In this document: piece after piece, positions 1 to 8,003 of the stretch
How the letters are laid out: each line of letters starts with the position of its first letter
How positions within the stretch are numbered: position 1 is the stretch's first letter
NCBI GenBank assembly: GCA_051382305.1
Contig: JBBCAV010000142.1
Span: 1 to 25,490, forward strand
Direction: 5' to 3'
Length of the DNA stretch: 25,490 nt
From: Bdellovibrionota bacterium FG-2
Lineage (GTDB): Bacteria; Bdellovibrionota; UBA1018
Notes under the pieces: model-generated
The model's database searches: none
What the model saw: only the letters and a program-made list of their open reading frames with translations
Told to the model about the DNA's origin: nothing
Program-made: the position numbers and the translations under genes

Positions 1-9
1 GTGATGAAC

Positions 10-79
10 GCCAGCTATGATACCCGGACTCTATGGTGTTTCCCGGGGTGAGACTAGGAAGAGTGATCTCCCGACCGGC
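10..79 (-). ncRNA. Candidate structured RNA (three-way junction), possibly the non-coding end of a mobile element cut by the window edge
   Basis: Outer stem 10-15/74-79 encloses two hairpins: 23-28/42-47 (13-nt loop) and 50-54/66-70 (11-nt loop). The non-Watson-Crick pairs are A-C on + and so G-U on -. Family not identified. Confidence 0.35.
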
Positions 80-137
80 TTCCGCACCCACTGGTTGTTT
101 CAAGCTTTGCTTGGCGCACATAAGAGACAATAATAAA

Positions 138-166
138 TTGACCCACCAATAGATCAAGAATAAACA
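138..166 (+). promoter_or_regulatory. Putative sigma70 promoter of the GcvT-family gene (near-leaderless)
   Basis: TTGACC (138-143), 17 bp, TAAACA (161-166); ATG at 173 with no Shine-Dalgarno. Confidence 0.35.
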
Positions 167-172
167 GCACTC

Positions 173-2653
173 ATGTCAGATCAAAGTATGAGTCAAATTT
201 TGCCAAAACATGCGCGCGTCGTGGTCGTAGGCGGTGGCGTCATTGGGTGCTCGGTAGCCTATCACTTGGCTCACATGGGATGGAAGGATATCGTACTGCT
301 TGAGCGAGATCGGATTACCTCAGGCACGACTTGGCATGCGGCGGGACTCATGGTGACGTTTGGATCAACTTCTGAAACTTCGACTGAAATGCGCAAATAC
401 ACGCGTGACCTCTACAGTCGATTGGAAGCGGAGACGGGGCAAGCGACGGGTTTCAAGCCTGTGGGTTTTATTGAAGTCGCAGCCGATCGCGATCGCTTAG
501 AAGAGTATCGACGAATCTCGGCGTTTAATCGCCATTGTGGCGTGGATGTGCATGAGATTTCTCCTTCGGAAATTCAGAAGTTGTTTCCGCTTGCGCGGGT
601 GGATGATGTGTTGGCCGGTTTTTACGTCAAAGAAGATGGCCGCGTGAATCCCGTGGATTGTACGATGGCGTTGGCAAAAGGCGCGCGCATGAAGGGGGTT
701 CGCATTATCGAAGAAGTCGCTGCGACCGGGATCTTGAAAAAGAACGGACGCGTGACGGGCGTTTGCACAAAACAGGGCGATATTGAAGCTGATTACGTTG
801 TGAATTGCGCCGGCATGTGGGCGCGGCAATTCGGTGAGATGGCGGGCGTGAATATCCCGAATCAGGCGGCGGAACACTACTATCTGATTACCGAAGAGAT
901 CGCAGGTCTTAAAGAAATGAGCGACACGATGCCGATCTTGGAGGACCCTTCTTGCTACGGTTATTATCGCGAAGAGGTGGGCGGGCTCATGGTGGGTTTG
1001 TTTGAACCCGTTTGTGCGCCTTGGAAAATCGGGGGGATTCCAGAGGATTTTTCGTTCGGCGAGATTCCGCCGGATTGGGATCGGATGAGCCCTTATTTGG
1101 AGCGGGCGATGAGTCGCGTGCCGCAGTCTCTTAAAGTCGGAATCAAGAAATTCTTCTGTGGGCCCGAAAGTTTCACCCCGGATTTGCGCCCGATTGTGGG
1201 CGAGGCGCCGGAGCTTAAGAATTATTTTGTGGCAGCAGGATTAAATTCCATCGGAATTCTAACCGGCGGCGGCCTGGGCCGCGTGCTGGCTCATTGGATT
1301 ATCAATGGAACGCCGGATGTTGATGTGACGGGATTTAACATTGATCGCCTTCATCGCTATCAAGCCAACCCCGAGTATCGCAGAGAGCGAACGGTCGAAT
1401 CGCTCGGGATGGTTTATAAATGTCACTATCCCACGATGAGCGCTCAAACCGCGCGGGGTGCAAAAAAATCGGCAATTCATGAACGCTTGGCGGCAGCCGG
1501 TGCGTACTTCAGAGACGTCAGTGGCTGGGAGGGTGTGGATTGGTTTGCGCCCAAGGGCATTGAACCTAAAGTTGAGCGGTTGTCGTGGGGCCGGCAAAAT
1601 TGGTTTCCTTATTGGGAGGCCGAGCACAAAGCCGCGCGCGAAGGCGTGATCTTGATGGATATGTCGTTTATGTCTAAATTCATGGTTCAGGGCCGTGATG
1701 CTGGACGCGTGTTGAATTGGCTTTCGGTGAATCAAATCGATGGCGCCTCACAAACGATTACCTACACATAGTGGCTCAATGAGACGGGAAAACTCGAAGC
1801 CGATCTCACGGTAACTAAATTAGCAGAAGATAAGTTTTTCGTTGTCGTCACAGATACGATGCATCGTCATGCCGAAGCGTGGATGAAGAGGCACATCAAG
1901 GAGACGGACCACGCCTTTGTCACGGATGTGACTTCGGGCTATGCACAACTCAATGTGCAAGGGCCAAAATCTCGCGAACTATTGCAGCGGCTTACGACGG
2001 CTGATCTTTCAAACGAGGCGTTCCCCTTTAGAGCGGCTCGTGAAATCGACTTGGGTTACGCACGCGTACTGTGTGTGCGGATTACGTATCTCGGGGAACT
2101 GGGGTATGAATTGTATATTCCCACTGAACAAGCCACTCATGTTTATGATCGACTGGTGAGAGCGGGTGCGAGCTTTGGTTTGCGACATGCGGGTCTGAAG
2201 GCGCTTGCGAGTTTGCGAATGGAAAAAGGCTATCGCGACTATGGTCACGATATGGATAACACGGATAACGTATTTGAGGTGGGCCTGGGCTTTACGGTGG
2301 ATTTTGAAAAATCTGGCGGATTTTTAGGTCGCGAAGTCGCGCTTAAGCAAAAAGCGGCGGGGACGCTCAAGCGTCGAATGGTGCAAGTGCTCATTAAAGA
2401 TCCAGAACCGTTCTTGTTTCACGCCGAGATTGTTAAGCGTGATGGCCAAGTCGTAGGCTACATGCGAGCTGGTTCTTACGGGTTTACGTTGGGCGGCGCG
2501 GTGGGGCTTGCGATGATTGAGGCCGAATGCGCAATCGATTCCAAATATTTGAGCGAAGGAAAATGGGAAGTCGAAATTGCGGGCAAAACCTATCCTGCGG
2601 TCGCGTCTTTGAAGCCCTTTTATGATCCAGAGATGAAGCGAATCAAAGCCTGA
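173..2653 (+). pseudogene. GcvT-family FAD-dependent oxidoreductase (dimethylglycine/sarcosine dehydrogenase or 4-methylaminobutanoate oxidase-like), interrupted by a single in-frame TAG at 1769-1771
   Basis: N-terminal VVVGGGVIG FAD motif, GTTWHAAGL covalent-FAD His motif, GPESFTPD; C-terminal GcvT motifs TYLGELGYELY and SLRMEKGY. ORFs 173..1771 and 1859..2653 share one frame, and the gap reads ITYT*WLNETGKLEADLTVTKL, i.e. continuous family-like sequence. Confidence 0.85.
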
Positions 2654-2667
2654 AGCTCGTCTTGGAT

Positions 2668-3195
2668 TTACTCCGGTTGCTTATCGAGTCCGGCGGCCAG
2701 CTCTTCAGGGGTATAGCTTTTCCATTTTCGATAATCCGGAGGGAGAATGCAAATCGTGTAACTGCCCCAGTTTTGCTGAAGCCGTTCGCAGGTTTGTTTT
2801 TTGAAGTCACAACGAAAATGAAACGTATTCAGAATGGGCACTGAATCTCGGAAGGTGCGCGAATCGTTTTCCATCCAATAGGGGAGTTCCCAGCCATCCA
2901 AGAATTGCGGGTTTTCCGCGAAAAGCAGTAAACCGTCATTGTAGAATTCAGAGACGGTCGGGAGTCTTCCCCCTTGTATTGCGCATTCATACTCCGCGCC
3001 TTGGTAGGTGCGTAGGCCGACATAACCGGACCAGTGGAGCAAGGGGGTCTTGCGTTGCTGGATCTCTCCAGAATCTGTGGAGGTTTCTCCGGCTGCGGTG
3101 GCAAGTGGAATTGATTCCTGCTCATCAGCATGGGTGATTGATGCGGTTAGGGTCAGGCAGAGAATGGTTGCAGAAAAAATTGAATTTAACGTCAT
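2668..3195 (-). CDS. Secreted hypothetical protein with C-type-lectin/DUF1566-like motif
   Basis: ATG at 3195 gives signal peptide MTLNSIFSATILCLTLTASITHA (ORF track starts at 3252). YQGAEYECAIQGGRLPTVSEF resembles the A..C...G.RLPT..E motif. Confidence 0.6.
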   Translation of the reverse strand: MTLNSIFSATILCLTLTASITHADEQESIPLATAAGETSTDSGEIQQRKTPLLHWSGYVGLRTYQGAEYECAIQGGRLPTVSEFYNDGLLLFAENPQFLDGWELPYWMENDSRTFRDSVPILNTFHFRCDFKKQTCERLQQNWGSYTICILPPDYRKWKSYTPEELAAGLDKQPE

Positions 3196-3405
3196 GGCGG
3201 GAGGACTGTAACCCACTGTGACACGTTGCGCAATAGGTTTTGCAGTCGACACTCATAATTACAACTATATGATAATATGTTCATTTTTCCATTTGCCTGT
3301 CTCGATACAGGTTGTAGGGCGTCTCTAGTGGGAAATTATGTGCTTGACCAAATGGGGCATTTTTAGATATTGCGACGCATCATATTTTGTGAGGGGATTT
3401 CGATT

Positions 3406-5226
3406 ATGATTTCAAAGAAGTGTTCTGTTTTGGTGATGTTGATTGTCGTGAGTGCCCTGTTCCTCGCGAACTCCGCTATGGCAATGGGGAAAAAGAAACC
3501 AAGACCAATTCCAAATCCCGCGCCTTCATCCAGTCCGACCCCGACCCCGTCTCCGTCATCTACGGTTGATGATCGAGATGACTTTCAAGCGATGACACTC
3601 GTGCGTTACCTCATGGTAAGTGAAACCAAGCTCATCGATGGCGGCGAATACGCTCCCGAACTGCTTGCCCAGCTTACTGACGAGATGAAATTTTGCGGGC
3701 TGACTTTCACCGGCCCATTATGCCTCGGCGGCAAGTTCGATGATTCCGGGATGTTCCAAAGTCCCACCACCATTGAAACGAGTAGCTCATTTATTTTCCT
3801 CTCGCTGTTTTCGACCAAGGATCAATCCAGTAAGTTTGCGCTCTCTATCGAAGCCGAGAAGAACCCAAAAAATGGGCTTGTTCGTTCAGTTACCCTCTTT
3901 GCCGTGGACAAATCCGTTACTGACTTAGAGGTTGTTAAGAAGGATTTTTTTCATGGACGATCCAAGAAGCTCCTCGAAGTATTCACGCCTGATAACGCCC
4001 TGGAATTTGCGGCCTCCGAACTTCAAAAAGCGCCTGAGTATCGCAAGCTGTACCACTTCGCGCAATATATCGTAAATACCGTTGCGGAAATGGTCGCAGA
4101 TCCAGATAAAGATAAAGCAGAATTGCAAAAGTACCGACAAATCGCCCTTGAATCGCTCAGAACTCAGTACTCGAAAATCACTCAGTCCGCCGCGCCGTTG
4201 TATCAAATGGCGTTTCTGAAGATGCTCCGACAGTCGTTCGTGAGCGAGAAGGATTTATTGATTGCGGTTTCCGATGAACTCATCGTCGCGCAAGGTGAAG
4301 ATGTTTCGCAATTGGCTGCTATTACGCTTGCGGAGCGCGATCTAAAGTCCGACCTTATTTACACCAAGGTGAAACAAGCCCTTCGCAACGATATTTGGGG
4401 GATGAGAAGACTTGCCGTCCTCGCGCTGAACAAAATCAAGAGCACCACCGAAGCGCAACTTACAGGTCTTGCGAAACACCTTTCGCATTCAAACTATATT
4501 GTCCGTCAGATCGCGAGTCGCTTTATTGGAAAAATTTCCGGATTGGCTGCGACTCAGGCTTTGATCCCGATGCTAGCTGATGGCGTTTATGACGTGAGGG
4601 CGGAGGCCGTGGCCCAACTTAACTCCAGAGTGTTCACCCAAACCGAATTGCCGTTACTTGAAGCTAACCTAAAAGATGCGAACTATATTCCGCGCCTGCT
4701 TTCGGTGCAATTTGTTGGTAGAATCAAAAGTGTCGAGGCGACAAAGGTTTTGATTCGTGTGTTGAGGGATGGGGTTTATGATGTGAGAACGGCCGCCGTC
4801 GCGGAGTTGGACAAGCGCCAATTGAGCGAGGGCGAGGTGCTTGACCTTAAAGTCGGTTTCGGAAGCGGCGAGTATGCGGTCCGCCTGCTAAGTGTTCGCT
4901 TTACGGGCAAGATCGCTGGCTCCGCTGCTACTTCCGCACTCATTCCGATGCTGGAAGACGGAGTCTATGATGTGCGAATGGCAGTCGCGTCTGCTCTTAC
5001 GGGCAGGGCGTTTGGCGAGGAACAGATTGATTTGCTAGGGGTCCAACTTCGGGCGGAGGCTTGGGCGCCCAGACAAATGGCGGCGCAGTTTCTTGGGGTG
5101 ACTTCGAGTTGTAAGGCGCTGGGTCTGTTGAAGGCGCGGCTTGGGGTTGAGCCGATTTATGATGTCATCACTGCGATTAAAACTGCCATTGCGGCCATTC
5201 AAAGTCGCAACAGCTCCTGCAAATAG
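3406..5226 (+). CDS. Secreted HEAT/PBS-lyase-like repeat protein
   Basis: GAGGGG at 3391 precedes ATG 3406; signal peptide ending ANSAMA; Pro/Ser/Thr linker; C-terminal HEAT-like repeats with DGVYDVR at 4579, 4768 and 4957 (189-nt period). Confidence 0.8.
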   Translation: MISKKCSVLVMLIVVSALFLANSAMAMGKKKPRPIPNPAPSSSPTPTPSPSSTVDDRDDFQAMTLVRYLMVSETKLIDGGEYAPELLAQLTDEMKFCGLTFTGPLCLGGKFDDSGMFQSPTTIETSSSFIFLSLFSTKDQSSKFALSIEAEKNPKNGLVRSVTLFAVDKSVTDLEVVKKDFFHGRSKKLLEVFTPDNALEFAASELQKAPEYRKLYHFAQYIVNTVAEMVADPDKDKAELQKYRQIALESLRTQYSKITQSAAPLYQMAFLKMLRQSFVSEKDLLIAVSDELIVAQGEDVSQLAAITLAERDLKSDLIYTKVKQALRNDIWGMRRLAVLALNKIKSTTEAQLTGLAKHLSHSNYIVRQIASRFIGKISGLAATQALIPMLADGVYDVRAEAVAQLNSRVFTQTELPLLEANLKDANYIPRLLSVQFVGRIKSVEATKVLIRVLRDGVYDVRTAAVAELDKRQLSEGEVLDLKVGFGSGEYAVRLLSVRFTGKIAGSAATSALIPMLEDGVYDVRMAVASALTGRAFGEEQIDLLGVQLRAEAWAPRQMAAQFLGVTSSCKALGLLKARLGVEPIYDVITAIKTAIAAIQSRNSSCK

Positions 5227-5231
5227 CCTCT

Positions 5232-6326
5232 ATGATCTATTTTCAGTCCCTCACTCAAGCCGAGCTCTCCGACCTTCTGCTGCCGCTGAGCCTGGAGCGC
5301 TTGGGTCGTCGTACTGAGCCTTCGGAGGCGCCATCTGAGGCGTTGATGACAAAGGCCAAGAAACAGTCGCGCTTTCACGCGCAGCAGATTTTTCATTGGG
5401 TTTATCAGCGCGGGGTTTCGCAGTGGGCGTTGATGAGTGATCTGTCAAAAGATCATCGGGCTTGGCTTACGGCAAATCTGGAAGTCTATCGGCCCAAGGT
5501 TGCGTCACGGCAGGAATCCCCTGATGGCACGATAAAGTTTTTATGGGAGATGGGAGATGGCAAAACGATTGAGAGCGTAATTATCCCTGCCGCCGAAGGG
5601 GAACGCTTCACGGGGTGTATTTCGTCGCAAATTGGGTGTGCGATGAAGTGTGCGTTTTGTCTCACGGGAACTCAGGGTGTGGAGCGCAATCTCGAAGTGC
5701 ATGAAATCCTCGCGCAAGTTTATGAACTCCGGCAAGTAGCCCCGCTTACGAATGTCGTGTTCATGGGCATGGGTGAGCCACTTAAGAACCTGGATAACGT
5801 TGTAAAAGCCTGCCAAATCATGCTTGATACGGACGGGCTTAATTTTTCAAAACGAAAAGTCACGGTGAGCACTTCAGGCTTGGTGCCTGGCATCGCAGAG
5901 CTCGGCGCCCGCGTGGATGTCTCGCTTGCCGTTTCACTGAACGCCACAACGGATGAACAGCGCTCCGCCATCATGCCCGTGAATCGCAAGTGGAACATCG
6001 CGGAGCTTTTGAAAGCATGTCGTGCCTATCCCTTGAGTTCCCATCGACGGATTACGTTTGAGTATGTGATACTGCGGGATTTTAATGACTCCTTGGAAGA
6101 CGCGCGCCGATTGATGAAGCTTCTTGTGGGGATTCCGTCGAAGATCAATTTGATTCCGTTCAATGAACATCCGAGCGCGGATTTTAAGCGGCCGTCGGAT
6201 GCGACGGTTCGCGGGTTTCAAAAATTCTTGGTCGATGGGAGAATGACCGCGACGGTGCGCGTGTCGCGGGGGCGGGAAATTTCGGCTGCATGTGGGCAAC
6301 TTCGTAGCGCAGTTCTTGATTGTTAG
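5232..6326 (+). CDS. rlmN: Dual-specificity 23S rRNA (A2503)/tRNA C2-methyltransferase RlmN
   Basis: CISSQIGCAMKCAFC radical-SAM motif, FMGMGEP, KINLIPFN and C-terminal AACGQL. Confidence 0.95.
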   Translation: MIYFQSLTQAELSDLLLPLSLERLGRRTEPSEAPSEALMTKAKKQSRFHAQQIFHWVYQRGVSQWALMSDLSKDHRAWLTANLEVYRPKVASRQESPDGTIKFLWEMGDGKTIESVIIPAAEGERFTGCISSQIGCAMKCAFCLTGTQGVERNLEVHEILAQVYELRQVAPLTNVVFMGMGEPLKNLDNVVKACQIMLDTDGLNFSKRKVTVSTSGLVPGIAELGARVDVSLAVSLNATTDEQRSAIMPVNRKWNIAELLKACRAYPLSSHRRITFEYVILRDFNDSLEDARRLMKLLVGIPSKINLIPFNEHPSADFKRPSDATVRGFQKFLVDGRMTATVRVSRGREISAACGQLRSAVLDC

Positions 6327-7090
6327 TTCGAAGCCAGGTCGCTTGTGATTCCGGGCACGTCTATGTGCTGGCGCTCGAGCTGATCCAAGAGGTTTTGAGC
6401 TAAGTCTGCTCTAGACACTTTGAAGAGCTTGAGAATCAGCCTCCGGGCCGCGGGATTTTTTTGGGCCGACATCGTAGCCACAGTGCCTTCGATCGCATCA
6501 CGAGGATCAGAGGTGTGAGAGAGAAACACATCAAGCGCTCCGGTCGGCAGGCCATAAGCTTCGTAAGCGGATTTGTCGTGCTCATCGCGGACGTCGTGCA
6601 AATCGCCGGTAGCAATACGAAGCGCTAGTTCACTGATCTCTCGGCTGTCTTCGGTTAAGCTCGCTGCTAATTCTAAGAGTTGAATTTTTTCTTCGGCCCC
6701 ATCGTCGCGGGGCATGCGTTCAAGGGTTCGCTGGATTTCGCTCACGGCAACAGAAGGATCGGCTCGCAAGTTTCCGAGTGAGGTATTGCGAAGCTCCTCT
6801 GCTCCCGCCTCGTGATGAGCTAATGAGCGAACATAACGTTTTAGCTGATGACCTAATGGGCTCGTCGAAAACGCGTTTGCAAATTTCGAAGGGGACCTCT
6901 TTTTTGGAGCAAGGACTTGCTGCTTGCCGGATTGAGCGTTGGCCGTTTCTGCAGCTGGAGTTCGGGCGGTTTGCTCTTCGACACGCGGTCTTTCTGGAGC
7001 CAAAGCCTCGGCCCTGGGCTGGAAATTCATTGCCAGATAGGCGGAGCCAAAAACAGCGCATGACGTTATGATGAGGGCGAGCAACCGCAT
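6323..7090 (-). CDS. Exported or membrane-anchored hypothetical protein, helical
   Basis: 255-aa ORF with hydrophobic N-terminus MRLLALIITSCAVFGSAYLAM; convergent 4-bp overlap with rlmN. Confidence 0.7.
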   Translation of the reverse strand: MRLLALIITSCAVFGSAYLAMNFQPRAEALAPERPRVEEQTARTPAAETANAQSGKQQVLAPKKRSPSKFANAFSTSPLGHQLKRYVRSLAHHEAGAEELRNTSLGNLRADPSVAVSEIQRTLERMPRDDGAEEKIQLLELAASLTEDSREISELALRIATGDLHDVRDEHDKSAYEAYGLPTGALDVFLSHTSDPRDAIEGTVATMSAQKNPAARRLILKLFKVSRADLAQNLLDQLERQHIDVPGITSDLASN

Positions 7091-7099
7091 TCAATAAAG

Positions 7100-7127
7100 G
7101 CATCGGCTGATTTGGGATAAAACGTTA
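7100..7127 (-). promoter_or_regulatory. Putative sigma28 (FliA)-type promoter
   Basis: Minus strand TAACGTTT-N12-GCCGATGC versus consensus TAAAGTTT-N11-GCCGATAA, just upstream of ATG 7090. Confidence 0.45.
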
Positions 7128-7183
7128 CAGAATTTTTAGGTTTTTTTGGACCTTAGAAATGGTTTGGGTATCGGGACGGTTAT

Positions 7184-7230
7184 TGCTAACTCAGTTATCG
7201 ATTGAAAAGATCTGCTAACTTGGTTATCAT
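7184..7230 (+). promoter_or_regulatory. TA operon promoter with two palindromic operators
   Basis: TGCTAACTCAGTTATC (7184-7199) and TGCTAACTTGGTTATC (7213-7228), each with TAAC-N3-GTTA; -35 TTGAAA (7202-7207), 17 bp, -10 TATCAT (7225-7230). Confidence 0.7.
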
Positions 7231-7238
7231 CGATGTTG

Positions 7239-7562
7239 ATGAAGAGGGTGGGGATTCGGCATCAAGAAGCTCAGCAAATACTGAGGGAGATCAGAAAGAG
7301 AAGATTTAGTTTTTCACTTCATGCGGAGGCGCGAGGTTTTCGACGCGCACTTTCGACTCATCAGGTTATCGAAGTGGCAAAGAATGTAGTTTATTGGACA
7401 TGGCAGGCGGATCACGAAACTTATCTTTTCGTGGGGCGACTTGCTGATTCTAAGGGCGCCGGGTTTTCTGCGGTGGTTGAAAATGGGGTCGTGATTGTAA
7501 CTGTTTTTAGACGAAAACTGAAGCATTGGGAAAGGAATAACGGCGATGCGGAAAAACTTTAA
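7239..7562 (+). CDS. Putative type II toxin, DUF4258-like (RelE/MqsR-superfamily-like RNase)
   Basis: Small basic protein with FSFSLHAEARGFRRALS and C-terminal VVIVTVF strand typical of DUF4258; overlaps the downstream HTH gene by 17 bp. ATG 7233 is an alternative start, but 7239 fits the promoter better. Confidence 0.6.
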   Translation: MKRVGIRHQEAQQILREIRKRRFSFSLHAEARGFRRALSTHQVIEVAKNVVYWTWQADHETYLFVGRLADSKGAGFSAVVENGVVIVTVFRRKLKHWERNNGDAEKL

Positions 7563-7989
7563 GGGCGTTCTAAACCTTGGCTATATCGAGGTAAAAAACG
7601 TACCCGTCGAGAAGAGTGAGCGATTTGGCTCTGTCGTGAGCGCGGAGGTGTCTGGCAAAGTGGAGTACCTAGTGGCCAAGGCTATTCTGAAACATCGTGT
7701 GCCTCTTCGGGGTGCTGAAGTGCAGTTTCTACGGGATGTATTAGGGATGTCTCAGAGGCAACTCGGGATGCTACTGGGGTATAGCGGTGTGGCTATATTA
7801 AAATGGGAGCGAGCAAAATCTAAGCGGCTGGATCGAGTCAATGAGATCACTCTTCGGGCTCTGATGGCAGATCGCTATAGCGTTAAGCTTGATACTGCCT
7901 GGGCATCTCTTTTAGGTCTAGACGCGACCCCTAAGAAACTTGTTGTCGATTTCAAAGAATACGAACAAGAACTCAGAGAGGTCGTGTAA
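7546..7989 (+). CDS. Putative antitoxin, MqsA/YgiT-like with Xre/Cro HTH
   Basis: LRGAEVQFLRDVLGMSQRQLGMLLGYSGVAILKWE is an Xre HTH; N-terminal IEVKNVPVEKSERFG resembles a YgiT-type zinc ribbon lacking Cys. Confidence 0.75.
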   Translation: MRKNFKGVLNLGYIEVKNVPVEKSERFGSVVSAEVSGKVEYLVAKAILKHRVPLRGAEVQFLRDVLGMSQRQLGMLLGYSGVAILKWERAKSKRLDRVNEITLRALMADRYSVKLDTAWASLLGLDATPKKLVVDFKEYEQELREVV

Positions 7990-8003
7990 ACCAAACCGCG
8001 AAA

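Noticed and set aside
1-87. Group II intron 5' end (GTGCG on the minus strand) or a tRNA
   Set aside because: A 5-nt match is too weak and no domain V or reverse transcriptase is visible; there is no T-loop GTTC hairpin or cloverleaf.
1-172. Glycine riboswitch upstream of the GcvT-family gene
   Set aside because: No GGAGA...CCGAAG...CTCTCAGG core on the plus strand; the fold favours the minus strand.
1769-1771. Genome-wide TAG-to-Gln recoding or pyrrolysine
   Set aside because: TAG ends rlmN, clpS and clpA at their expected C-termini; no pyl genes or suppressor tRNA in the window; the site is not a known Pyl position.
1859-2653. Separate gcvT aminomethyltransferase gene
   Set aside because: It starts mid-domain and is the in-frame continuation of 173..1771.
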